From the human T2T-CHM13v2.0 reference genome, Homo sapiens: a DNA stretch of 64,000 nt. Location: assembly GCF_009914755.1 (NCBI RefSeq), contig NC_060935.1. One strand, 5' to 3'. Positions 26,328 to 38,520 of this stretch are shown here, piece by piece (positions within the stretch are counted from its first letter, which is position 1; every line of letters starts with the position of its first letter). The translations under genes and the position numbers were made by a program. Below the pieces are notes generated by a model. That model was not told where the DNA came from. It saw nothing but the letters and a program-made list of their open reading frames with translations, and ran no database searches.

Positions 26328-27004
26328 TGTGATGGTTAATACTGAGCGTCAACTTGATTGGATTGAAGGATAAAAAATACTGATCCTGGGTGTGTCTGTG
26401 AGGGTGTTGCCAAAGGAGATTAACATTTGAGTCAGTGGGCTGGGAAAGGCAGATCCACCCTTAATCTGGGTGGGTACAACCTAATCAGCTGCCAGCAAAT
26501 ACAAAGTAGGCAGAAAAACCTGAAAAGGAGAAACTGGCCTAGCCTCGCAGCCTACATCTTTCTCTTGTGCTGGATGCTTCCTGCCCTTAAACATCAAACT
26601 CCAAGTTCTTCAGTTTTTGGACTCAGACTGGCTCTTCCTGCTCCTCAGCTTGCAGATAGCCTATTGTGGGACCTTGTGATTGTGTAAGTGAATACTTAAA
26701 ATTAACTCCCCTTTACATATACATCTGTGTATATATATGTCTGTGTATATATGTATATATATGTGTGTATATGTATGTATGTGTATATGTGTATATATGT
26801 GTATATATATGTATGTATATATGTATATGTATATATGTGTATATATGTATATATGTATATGTGTATATATGTATATAATAAACTCCCCTTTATACATATT
26901 ATACACACACCCACATATATATAATAGGATATATATACATATGATAGGAGATTTTATATACAGTGTATCCTATTAGTTCTGTCCCTCTAGAGAATCCTAA
27001 TACA
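26328..27004 (+). mobile_element. MLT2A (probably MLT2A1) ERVL solo LTR
   Basis: TGTGATGGTTAATACTGAGCGTCAACTTGATTGGATTGAAGG...CCTCTAGAGAATCCTAATACA; perfect TSD GTAGC at 26323-26327 and 27005-27009. Confidence 0.93.
26715..26965. repeat. Degenerate (TA/TG)n expansion inside MLT2A
   Basis: TATATATGTGTGTATATGTATG... alternating purine-pyrimidine tract. Confidence 0.9.
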
Positions 27005-30000
27005 GTAGCTGTAGTAATGGACATTCTTACCACCAGTGTATGTGGGTTCCCTTTTCTCCACATTCTCATCAGCATTTGTTACTGCCTGTCTTTTGGATAT
27101 AAGCCATTTTAACTGTGGTGAGACGGTATCTCATTGTAGTTTTGAATTGCATTTCTCTGATGATAAATGTTGTTGAGCCCCTTTTCATATGTCTGTTTGC
27201 CATTTCTTTTGAGAAATGTCTATTCAAATCTTTTGCCCATTTTAAAATCTGATTATTAGATTGTTTACTACAGAATTGTTTGAGCTCCCTATATAGTCTG
27301 GTTATTAATCCCTTGTCAGATGGGTAGTTTGCCAATATTTTCTACCATTCCGTGGATTGTCTCTTTACTTTGTTGATAGTTTTCTTTGCTGTACAGAAGT
27401 TTTTTTAACTTGATTAGATCCCATTTGTCCATTTTTACTTTGGTTGCCTGTGTTTGTGGGGTATTGCTCAAGAAATTTTTGGTCAGACCAGTGTCTTAGA
27501 GAGTTTCCCCAATATTGTAGTAGTTCCATAGTTTGAGGTCTTAGATTTAAGTCTATAATCCATTTTAATTTGATTTTTGTATATGGAGAGAGAGAGAGGT
27601 CTAGTTGCATTCTTCTGCATATGGATATCCAGTTTTCCCAGTACCATTTATTGAAGAAACTATATTTTCCCAGGCATGTGGGTTTGTTTCTGGCTTCTGT
27701 GTTCTGTTCCATTGGTCTGTGTGTCTGTTTTTTTTTTTTTTTTTTTTTTTTTCACCAGTACCATGCTGTTTTGGTTACTGTAGTTCGGTAGCATAATTTG
27801 AAGTTAGGTAATGTGATTCTTCTAGTTTTTGGATCTTTTGTGGTTCCATATAAATCTTAGGACTATTTTTTCTATTTATATGATGAATGTCATTGGTATC
27901 CTGATAGGGATTGCATTGAATCTGTAGATTGCTTTGGGTAGTATGGACATTTTAACAATATTGATTCTATTCATAAACATGCAGTATCTTTTTATTTTTT
28001 GTATTCCTTTCAATTTATTTTTTCAGTGTTGTATAGTATTCATTATAGAGATCTTCCACTTTGTTAATTCCTAGCTATTTAATTTTGTGGCTTTTGTACA
28101 TGGGATTACTTTTTCAAAACTTATTTTTCACATTATTCATTTTGGCATATAGAAATGCTACTGATTTTTGTATGTTGATTTTTTATCCTGTAGCTTTACT
28201 GAATTTGTTTATCAGTTCTAATAGTTTTTGGAGGAGTCTTGAGATTTTTCAAAGTATAAGATCATGTCATTTGCAAACAAGGTTATATGAATTCTTCATT
28301 TCCAATTTGATGCCCTTTATTTACTTCTCATGTCTGACTGCTCTAGCTAGGACTTCCAACACTATGTTGAATAACAGTGGTGAAAGTGAGCATCCTTGTC
28401 ATGTTCCAGATCTTAGAAGAAAGGCTTTCAGTTTTTCCCCATTCAATATGATACTAGCTGTGGATTTGTCATATATGCCTTTTATTATGTTGAGGTATAT
28501 TTCTCCTATATCCAAGTTTTTGAGGTTGTTATCATGAAGACAGGTTGAATTTTATCAAATGCTTTTTCAGCATGGATTGAAATGATCATATGGTTTTTGT
28601 CCTTCATTCTGTTGATATGATGTATCACATTGATTGCTTTAGGTATGTTGAACCATTCTTACATTCCTGGCATAAATCCTGCTTGGCCATGATGAATCAT
28701 CTTTTTAATGTATTGTGAAATTCATTTTGCTAATATTTTATTAAGGATTTTTGCCTCAATATTTGTCAGAGATACTGGACTTTAGTGTACTTTTTTTTTT
28801 TGATGTCTTTGTTTTTGGTATCAGGGTAATACTTCATAGGATGAGTTTGGAAGTATTTCCTCCTCTTTTATTTCTTGGAATAGTTTGAGTAGGATTGGTG
28901 TTTGTTCTTAAAGGCTTGCTAGAATTCATTAGTGAGGCCATCAGGTCCCAGGTTTTTCTTCACTAAGAGACTTTTTATTATGGCCTTAATCGCATTACCT
29001 GTTATTCATCTGTTCAGGTTTTGGCTTTCTTCCTGGATCAATCTTGGTAGGTTGTATGTGTCTAGGAATTTGTCTATCTCTTCTAGATTTTCCAATTTGT
29101 TGGCAAATAGTTGCTCATAGTAACCACTAATCAGCCTTTGAATTTCTGTGGTATCACTTGTAATGTGTTCTCTTTCATCTCTGGTTTTATTTCCTTGGAT
29201 CTTCTCTCTTTTTTCTTAGTCGCACTAAAGGTTGGTCAATTTTGTTTAATTTTTCAAAAAAAAAAACCTTTTTGTTTCATTGATCTTTTGTATTTTTTCA
29301 TCGTTTCAATTTCATTTATTTCTGCTCAGATCTTTATTATTTCCTTTCTTCCAATAACTTTGAGTTTGGTTTGTTCTTTTCTAGTTCTTTCAGATGCATC
29401 ATGAAGTCATTTATTTGAAGTTTTTCTTCTTTTTTGATGTAGACATTTACAGGTATAAACTTCCACTTTAATGATGCTTTTTCTGTATCCCATAGGTTTT
29501 GCTATGTTGAATTTCCATTATCATTTGTTTCAAGAATTTTTTCAATTTTCATTGACCCACTGGTCATTCAAGAGCATATTGTTCAATTTCCATGTATTCA
29601 TATAGTTTTCAAAATTCCTCTTGTTATTGATTTCTAGTTTTATCCCATTGTGGTCAGAGAAAATTCTTGATATTATTTCAATTTTTTGAATGTTTTAAGA
29701 CTTGTTTTGTAACCTAACATATGGTCTATCCTTGAGAATTATCCATGTGGTGAGGAGAAGAATGTGAGGATGAAAGTTCTGTAAATATTTATGAGATTCA
29801 TTTGGTCAATAGAGCAGATTAAGTATGATGTTTCTTTGTTAATTTCCTGTCTAGGAGATCTGTCCAGTTCTGAAAATGGGGTATTGAAGTCTCTAGCTAT
29901 TATTGTGTTGGTGTTTATCTCTCTTTTTAGCTCTAATAATGTTTGCTTTATATGTCTGGGTGCTCCAGTGTTGGGTGCATATGTATTTACAATTGTTATA

Positions 30001-30336
30001 TACTTTTGCTAAATTGACCTCTTTGTCGTTATATAGTGACCATCTTTGTCTCTTCTCATAGTTTTTGTCTTGAAATCTATTTTGTCTGATAAAAGTATAG
30101 CTACTGCTTCTCTTTTGTGGTTTCTATTGGCATGGAATATCTTTTTCTATCCCTTTATTTTCAGTTTATTTGTGTCGTTATAGATGAAATGTATTTCTTG
30201 TAGGCAACAGGTCATTGGATCTTGTTTGTTTTTAATCCATTTAACCCCTCTGCTTTTTGACTGGAGAGTTTAGTTCACTTACATTCAATGTTGTTATTGG
30301 TAAGTAAGGACTTACTCCTGCCATTTTGTTAGTCAT

Positions 30337-30343
30337 TTATTTT

Positions 30344-30399
<56 letters not shown>

Positions 30400-30633
30400 T
30401 CCTTCTTTCTTTCTTTCCTTCTTTCTCTTTCTTTCTTTCTCTTTCTTTCCTTTTCTTTCTTTCTCTCTCTCTTTTTCTTTCTTTCTCTTTCTCTTTTTCC
30501 CTCTCTGCCCGCCTCCCTCCCTTCCTTCCCTCCCTTCTTCCCTTCCTTCCTTCCTCCCTTCCTTCCTCCCTCTCCTTCCTTCTCTCCCTTTTGTCCCTTT
30601 TTTCCCTTTTTCCTTCCTTCCTTCCTTCCTTCC
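30337..30633. repeat. Compound polypyrimidine STR: (TTTC)15 followed by degenerate TTTC/CT/CCTT
   Basis: Pure TTTC units 30342-30401, then about 230 bp that is almost all C/T. Confidence 0.95.
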
Positions 30634-33600
30634 TAGGTGACTTTCTCTGATAATGTGATTTAGTTTCTTGCTTTCTATTTTTTGTATATACATTGTCTGC
30701 TTTTTGCTTTGAGGGTACCATGAGGCTTGCAAATAGTATCTTATAACCCATTATTTTAAGCTGATAATGACACTTTTTTGTCAATAAAGAACAAGCACAA
30801 AAGAAAAAGAAAACTACAAAACTAATAAAGACTCTACCTCCCTGTGGCCCAGCTGATACCTGAAACCAGCAAGTCTCAGAGTTTCAAGCAAGGCCCTCAA
30901 CATAGCACCTGGGTATCACTGCTGGTTATTCAAGGGCTCAAGGATTTTTCTGTTACCAGGTAATGAATCTTGCCAGGACTGGGTCCTTTTCTTCAAGGTA
31001 GTGGGTTCCCTTCAGGCCCATTTTGTATCTAGAAATGTCTGGGAGCTAGGGGCTTGGAACAGGGGTCTCAGCACCCTGACTGGGGCACTATCCTGCCATG
31101 GCTCAGTTGGTATCCAATATGCAAGACAAAGTCCTTCCCATTCTTCCCTCTCCTCTCCTCAAGCAGAGGAAAGAGGCCTCTTTTGGGGCCATAAGCTGTG
31201 TAGCCTGAGGCTAGAGGAGGGGTAATGCCAGCATTCGTTTAGCCACGCTGGCTGGTGGCTAACTTGCATGCCCCCACAGTCCACTGGCTCTGAGCCCAGT
31301 TTAGCAGTAGGACTTGCTTAGAGTTTGCAGTCCTTGTGGCCTAGACTACCTTTCAAGTTTATTTAGAGGCCCAGAGCACTTTAGCCTTAAGTTATGAGGC
31401 TTGCAGGAAGTTAAGTTCAAATTGCTGGGACTGGCAATTCTCCTCCGGCTAGGTCTGGTTTAAATGCTTCCTCTGTGGGTGGGCATCAGCTGAGTTTGGT
31501 ATGGTTTTGTTTTCTGCTATAACAAGGCTGCACTGAGTTCAATGCCTCACAATTTCTGTTCTCTCCTTTCCCCAGGGCACAGGAATACTCTGCACCACAC
31601 TGCTGCTGTGGGCGTGTGGGGAGGGGTGGTGTTGGTGATTCAAGACTTTTTTTTCTACCTCTTCAGTGCCTCTTTCAGTGATAAGAAGTTAAAACCAAGT
31701 ACTGTGAGTGCTCACCTGATTTTTGGTTCTTATGGAGGTGCTTTTTTTTGTGTGTAGGTAGTTGTTAAATTGATATCCTTGTGGGGAGGATGACTGGTGG
31801 AGCTTTCTATACTACCATTTTGCTCTGAACCCAGCTCTATCTCATACTTTTTATTTAAACATTAAAATACTTTAGAACCTTTGGTAAATAGCCACTGGAA
31901 CCCCTCAAGCATTCCCATTCCTCTTCTCTGGTCCCTTCTTTCTGACCCCCAGAGATCTCCCCAGAATTTAACAACCAACCAGTTAATGCCTGGCATAGCA
32001 GGGAGCTGCCAGGACCCTGCATTATAGCCAGTATTGGTTCCAACTGATCAGTATGTCTGCCATACTAGTCAGTATTTGAATATCACCCCTGAAAAGGGGA
32101 AATTCAAATATGGAGAGATTAAGTAGATTGTCCGTAGTCACAGTTAGGACTCAAACCCATCTTTTGACTGTTAAGTTGAGTTTTGTTTGCTTGTTTGTTT
32201 CACAATACTACCCCATCTTTCAGTGAATGGAATTATACGTAGTGGGTCTTTAGATTTTACATTTTCTCTTTAAACAAAAATTTAAGCTTTATATAGCTTA
32301 TTTATCAACAGACAATTTAATATACACTCCCAGCTTTAGTAGTGAAAAACTGAATGCTTTTATCAGACAAAAGCAAATAAGAAAAGAATCATCTCCAGAC
32401 AGTTTGATTCCGACATTCTCAGAATTTGTAGGAGCATTTATGAGGGTGAAAACTAACACACTCTTTATAACGAGTATACTTCTATTCTCATGCATGTCTG
32501 ATTTGATCCTTTCAACCATCATGTGGACAGAAACACCAACTAGCAGGAGTGTCTCTGAAATTTCTGAGCATTGGAGTGGCTTTACTGATGCCAAGCAGAA
32601 CCTTTCTGAATGTAGAATTAGGATTAGAGGAAAGAATGCCAAGTCTGGGCAAAGGAAGTGCCTAAAGACAATGCCTAATAGTTACTAAGTCTCAGAAGTA
32701 AAAAAGCCTTATAAAGTTTTTAATTCATTTGGGCAAAATGCTTTAAGTGGTAACCATGAACTAGGCTATGGGAGGCTCTGAGGATACAGAGCCAAAAATC
32801 AGTTTCTACTCATAATAGATTCAAAAGATAATTGAGAAATAGACCAGTAAAAGTATGTAACTATATACTCTAGTATAGCAGTTTTGGGAACAGAAAGTGA
32901 GAGCTAACTATAGAAGAAAAAAGTATTGTCTCGTAGCCCTAAGCACCCTCCTATGGTTGGAATGATCCTTCTGCTTTCCAACATAAAAGTCTAACACTGG
33001 ATTTTTCCAGGATAAGAGATTTAGTGGGTGGGTGCAGTGACAGAATAAAGAGGTCAGATTATACCAAGTGTTAGCCAAAGAGTGGTTAAGTGTTGGATAA
33101 CAATGTCTAAGCTGGCTAGGGAAGGATGTGAAGCTGAGAGTTTGGGAGAAAGTGAGGGTTAAATGGCCTGGATGTCTTAATAAAGTCAAAGGTCAGCTGC
33201 AGGAAAAATGAGAAATGTTGGCATTCAGGAGTGCAATAGAGGAAAAGATTCAGGGAACACCATGGTAGACAGCTGAGGTGTGGTAGGCTGTTGAAGCAGC
33301 TGTGCTTCCGTGGACAACACAGGCTTCAGCTGAGGAATAGTCTGTGAAGAGACTGAGAATATTGTGGAATACAGGAGAGAGGATTAGGAGGAGGGAGACT
33401 GGAAGAAGACTGGAATATTATGGTTGCAACTGGAGTGAAGATAGCATAGAGCAGTATGAGAATTAAAGTAAGAAGGCATAAATGATTGGATGGTTGGCAA
33501 TTTGGAGCAGTAGTCAAGGATGGAAAGGACCCAGAGCTGGCCTCAGCTTTCCAAATGAAGCACCCATTGAGGTTGCTTCAGTGCTCAAGGGATGCATGGA

Positions 33601-34189
33601 TTCGGAATGTAAAGCACATGTCAGGGGATGTTTTTGTTTCAGGTTCCAAATGGAATATGGAACAGAGTGCCAATGTATGTCCATATACATTCTTGTCTAC
33701 CCAGGCAAGAAAGGATTGCTCTGTTCTCAGAATCCTTACCTTGATTTGAAGAACTAATATTTCTGGGATAAGCTAGCTGAGGCCTATGTAGATTCTTCTC
33801 TAGAGGTATACTATCCCAAGTGTGCAGACAATGGAATTAGTTCACAGCATCTTGCCCTCATGTAGGAAGCATCATCAACCATCAACTTAGCAAGCTCGCC
33901 TCCCTGCGTTGTTATTGAAAGGATGTGGTTTCTGGGACAGTCCAATTATATGCAGATTCATTTTTATTACAATTTACTTCAAAAATCTAAAAGCTGAAGA
34001 AAATGGCTTTTCTGTTAAGAATCCAGGCCTTTGGAGGAGAACATTCTGTTGACTTTAATTTATATTTTTGACCATTACTTGCTTGGTAGGAGGGGCAGTA
34101 GTCTGTTCTGTAATAATGCTTTTTTCATTTAGTCCTTCTTTGGAATTCTTTATGTCCCTGATCCTCATAAAAGTGCAGGCTCTAATATC

Positions 34190-34600
34190 TTACCACTGTG
34201 AAGGCTTCTTAACTGCTTCCCTTCCTCCAAAATCTGCCTTCTCCAATCTATCCTAAAGATTATTATATCATATTTTCCCTAAAACATTATGTTTAAAATG
34301 TCAATATTCTTTGTAAGCTATCATTGGCTCCCCATTTCCTAAGTGAAATTAACTAGACTTCAACAGCTTTCAAAGTCTTCCACGATATGACCAAACACCT
34401 TCCCAACTCAAACTTAGGTTTATCCTTTGTAGGAGCCTACTTTTCTAGCCAAATTGATCTGTTGACTGTCTGTTGTTCAGGTCTATTAACTCACCTTTAC
34501 TTCATTTTTATCCCTTTGCATGGAATAGCAACCCATTTTCAACTGCTTATTTTCTGCTTTCTGAATCCAGTCTGTACCAATGAAGTTCTATTGTATTGAC
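34190..34600 (+). mobile_element. L2 fragment, degenerate
   Basis: GCTTCTTAACTGCTTCCC...CTCCAATCTATCC...CATTGGCTCCCCATTTCCT...TTTCAAAGTCTTCCACGAT. Confidence 0.5.
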
Positions 34601-34943
34601 TATAAATGCTGTGGGAGTTCACTTGAGGTGAATGTTGTCATCCAGTCATTCGAACAACATTTGTTGTGCTTATACTGTGTCTTACCCAATGGTTTAGATA
34701 CTGTTAAGCAACAACAATAATTGCAGTTAAAAACGTGTGCTATGTATTCTTCTAAGTGTTTTTATAATAATTGCTTATTTAACCCAAATTAATTTAACTC
34801 AAATAATATTACTTTAATGTAAATGTGAACCAGGTACAGACTACTCTCTCAAGGCTCTCAGTCTTTTTGGGGAAGATAGAAAGTGAAAGGCAATCATGGT
34901 AGAGTTTGGTAACAGGGTTAAAAGGTGCTGTGAGATTACATAC

Positions 34944-35590
34944 AGTATTAACTTTCTATTACTGTGTGACAAATTACCACAAATTTAGTGGCTTAAAACA
35001 ACATGAATTTATTATCTCTTAGTTTCTATAGGTCTGAAGTCTGGGCACGGCATCTCTATATTTTCTGCTCATGGTCTCACAGGGCTGAAATCAACATGTC
35101 ACCCAGACTGCATCTCATCTGGGGCTTGAGGTTCTCTTCCAAAGCTCACTGGTTGCTGGCAGAATTTATTTCCTTGAGGTTGTAGTAGAATTGAAGTATA
35201 TATTTTCTTGCTAGGTGTTGGGTGTAATTTTCTTTCATCTCCTGGAGGCCTGTATCAGGTCCTTTCCATGTGTCTCCATGCATCCTCAATCCAGCAATAG
35301 CCCATCAAACCTCCTTCATGCCTCAAGTTTTTTACTTTCTCTTCTGCAACCAGGTAGAGAAAACTCTGCTTTTAAAAGGCTCATGTGATTAGGCCAGACC
35401 CACATATATAATTTCTCTTCTGTTAACTCAAAATCAACTGATTGGTAACTGTAATTACATTGACAATATCCCTTTTGCCAAGTAATATAACATAATAACA
35501 GTAGTAGTGTCTCATCATATTCATAGGGGAGAGAAATATACATGGAAGAGGGTCGTTGAGGGTCATCTTAAAATTCTGCCAGTGAACACA
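34944..35590 (-). mobile_element. MLT1E-family solo LTR
   Basis: GTATTAACTTTCTATTACTGTGTGACAAATTACCACAAATTTAGTGGCTTAAAACAACA...TTAACTCAAAATCAACTGATT...ATCTTAAAATTCTGCC. Confidence 0.85.
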
Positions 35591-35711
35591 TAGGATGAGC
35601 ACTTTACCTAATTTTGGGATTGAAATGGAGATGAGTAGAGCAGGAGGAAAACATTTCAAAGAGAGTGATCTCCAAACAGAGAACTAAGTGATTTATAGAA
35701 ATTAGCCAGGT

Positions 35712-36332
35712 CCCCGCCCGGCCGCCGCCCTGTCTCTGGGAGATGGGGGGGCGCCTCTGCCCGGCCGCCCCGTCTGGGAAGTGAGGATCCCCTCTGCCCG
35801 GCTGCCAGCCCGTCTGGGAGGTGTACCCAATAGCTCATTGAGAATAGGCCATGATGACGATGGCGGTTTTGTCGAATAGGAAAGGGGGAAATGTGGGGAA
35901 AAGAAAGAGAGATCAGATTGTTACTGTGTCTGTGTAGAAAGAAGTAGACATAGGAGACTCCATTTTGTTCTGTACTAAGAAAAATTCTTCTGCCTTGGGA
36001 TGCTGTTAATCTATAACCTTACCCCCAACCCCGTGCTCTCTGAAACATGTGCTGTGTCCACTAAGGGTTAAATGGATTAAGGGCGGTGCAAGATGTGCTT
36101 TGTTAAACAGATGCTTGAAGGCAGCATACTCGTTAAGAGTCATCACCACTCCCTAATCTGAAGTACCCAGGGACACAAACACTGCGGAAGGCGGCAGGGC
36201 CCTCTGCCTAGGAAAACCAGAGACATTTGTTCACATGTTTATCTGCTGACTTTCCCTCCACTATTTTCCTATGACCCTGCCAAATCCCCCTCTCCGAGAA
36301 ACACCCAAGAATGATCAATAAATACTAAAAAA
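35712..36332 (+). mobile_element. 5'-truncated SVA (older type, probably SVA_B): end of VNTR, SINE-R and short A-tail
   Basis: GC-rich VNTR units CCTCTGCCCGGCCGCCCCGTCTGGGAAGTGAGG, then GTGTACCCAA.AGCTCATTGAGAA...GAATGATCAATAAATAC; TSD AGA(A/C)ATTAGCCAGGT at 35697-35711 and 36333-36347. Confidence 0.95.
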
Positions 36333-37220
36333 AGACATTAGCCAGGTAAAGAAGGAAATAAGTGAAATGGGGAGGAGAGGGCTCCAAATGTGGGAGGGGT
36401 GATACTTGATACAAACCAATGTTCTTTTTTGTTCCTGATCCTTCTTTTTTCCTCACTTAAGTCTTTCGTTTATTTTGTGTGCATGAGTTTTTGTTTCTGA
36501 TATTTTTCTCTGTACTGTAACCTGTCCATTTGTTTTAGGTGGAAGCTAGGGCAGGCAGCCTGGGCTTAGTGCTTTAGGGAAGAGATATGGCAATATTCAG
36601 CTTTTGTGTCCATAGCAGAATTTTTAAACTTGTGGTAGAGTCAGTAGATAAAAGCAAAAATTTTTTTCAATCTCAAAAATCAAAATCCTGAAGGACTCAG
36701 ACTTAGAAATTGGAATTGGAAGACTAAGAATCTGTCAGAGCCAGTTTTTCCAAATGAGAAGATATGCATTCTTCCGGAGAGAAGACAAGAGAATTGATGA
36801 GAAGGCAATAGAGTTAGAAACTGGTGTGGGTATCTGACAGGGAGTCATATACCCTGAACAGAGCCCCGCCTGATTGAGGACAATAGAGTCACCAGATAGA
36901 TTGAAGAATCTGAGAACAGAAGGGAGCTGGGTCCTCCTTCCCTGTTTGGAGTCTTAGGAAATCATCAATCTTAGCAGAGTTAGAAGACATTAGTGTGGAG
37001 ATAACTGTGTGGGGTGTCTAGACAAAGAGGTCTGAAATAGCCTCATTCAGTTTTCTACCACTCTAGAGAGGTATTTTCCAGCATTCCTGACCAGGCTTAA
37101 AGACAAGATGCAAAAGAAGATGCTGGGTTAGTCTTTAGAACCAGAGACTACATGGACCAAAGCCTGAAAGCAGATGGCAGATGTAGGTGAGGAAAGTTGC
37201 TGATGAGTGGTCAATGGGGG

Positions 37221-37649
37221 TGTGGCAGTCCATTTTTGCATTGCTATAAAGAAGTACCTGAGACTGGGTCATTTATAAAGAAAAGATGTTTAGTTGGCTC
37301 ACTGTTCTGTAGGCTGTACAGGATGTATGATGCTTACATCTGCTCAGCTTCTGGTGAGGGCCTCAGGGAGCTTTTGCTCATGACAGAAGGTGAAGCAGGA
37401 GCAGGCACGTCACATGGCGAGAGTGGGAGCAAGAGAGAGCGGAGGGGGGAGGTCCCAGACTCTTTTAAACAACCCAATCTCATGCAAACTAACTGAACAA
37501 GAACTCACTTATCACCCAAGGGATGGTGCTAGGCCATTCATGAGGGATCTGTCCCCATAATCCAATCACCTCCTACCAGGTCCCACTCCAACACTGGGAA
37601 TTACGTTTCAACATGACGTTTAGAGGGGACAAATATCCAAAGCATATCA
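37221..37649 (-). mobile_element. MSTA/MSTB solo LTR
   Basis: TTGCATTGCTATAAAGAAGTACCTGAGACTGGG...GGGACAAATATCCAAAGCATATCA; near-TSD GGGGG/GGAGG. Confidence 0.9.
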
Positions 37650-37970
37650 GGAGGATGCCCATCTCAGTAGGTGTCAGCAGGGAGCGTGGACAGTGCCAAA
37701 GTCATACCCAAACGTAAATATTCTCTAAGTTTCCCTGGGATTTAGATGAAATCACTGGAAGAAGAGGAAACTAAAAATCCAGAACTGACAGAGAAAACTT
37801 TGATCTGAACAAGAAAAATCTAATGTGACTAAGATTAAATTGCTATCTCTAGTTGAAATGGGAGCTTGAGCTAGAAATCACTTTTAATTCCAAAAAAAAA
37901 AAAAAAAAAAAAGAAATCTACATTTCTAGATAGCTGAGTTTGTGTCCTGGGAAATTTGTATCTACTGTGT
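37650..37970 (+). mobile_element. Possible ancient LTR 3' end (LTR78/79-like), probably the host of the MST insertion
   Basis: GACTAAGATTAAA...GAAATGGGAGCTTGAG..AGAAAT...TACATTTCT...CTGAGTTTGTG resembles a recalled old LTR terminus. Confidence 0.3.
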
Positions 37971-38309
37971 AATTTAGAAAATGGTGAAATTTTTGTGACC
38001 AAGGAGCCTGCAGAGGGAGAGAGGGAGATACTTGAGCTGGAAGCTGGATTTTATAGGATTTGCAGCATGGACAGGAGTAAGTCCAATGTGAGTGGGGGAA
38101 GTGCATGTAGAACATAAGCAAAGGGAGAGAGGTGGCAATGGGGGCAAAGTGAGGATGAAGACTAATTGTAAATTCATGCACATAATTCATTCAGGAGAGC
38201 ACATGGTTGGACATGGAGGGTGGAGCCAGTATATGGAGAGCCTTGCTGGGCCAGGAAGAGGTGGTGCAGAATAGTTTTGTAGGATTTTAAGCTTAATAGA
38301 GAGGGTAAA

Positions 38310-38520
38310 GTGATACAACATTTATTGAGTGTTTTCTGAAAGCCAGGCACTTTGCAAATAAAACACCATTTATTTATAATAACCTTCAAGGTATTTATGA
38401 CCCTCAATTTACAGATGAATATACTGAGGTTCAGAGATGTTACATTATTTATGTAGATTCAAATAGCTGATGATTGGCAGAGCAGGATTTAAACTCTTGT
38501 TCTTGGCTTCAAAGCCTAGG
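38310..38520 (-). mobile_element. MIR
   Basis: CATTTATTGAGTG...GCCAGGCACTTTGC...TTTACAGATGAATATACTGAGGTTCAGAGA...GGCAGAGCAGGATTTAAAC. Confidence 0.8.

Larger units (their letters stand above)
25585..31832 (-). mobile_element. L1MA (about MA1-MA3) with both ends, decayed ORF2 and deleted ORF1; interrupted by MLT2A and a microsatellite
   Basis: 3'UTR AATAATCACATCAGG...CAAACAATCCAATTATACTC; continuous decayed ORF2 homology; ORF2 start ATGGCAGGAGTAAG at 30324; 5' end (sense GGGTTCAGAGCAAAATGG..ATAGAAAGCTCCACC) near 31832. Confidence 0.9.

Noticed and set aside
26661-26976. Several overlapping Y/I/V/C/H-rich ORFs
   Set aside because: Translations of the TA/TG repeat in MLT2A.
27069-30324. L1 ORF2-like peptides suggesting an active reverse transcriptase
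   Set aside because: Many stops, frameshifts and deletions; a dead L1MA.
30329-30784. K/E/R-rich ORFs of 131-151 aa
   Set aside because: Translations of the (GAAA)/(GGAA) microsatellite, which contains no stop codons.
31940-32092. Possible hAT-Tip100 end (TATTTGAATATCACCCCTG)
   Set aside because: Only a short terminal resemblance; the family could not be assigned.
35712-35880. GC/CpG-rich patch as a CpG-island promoter
   Set aside because: It is the SVA VNTR remnant.
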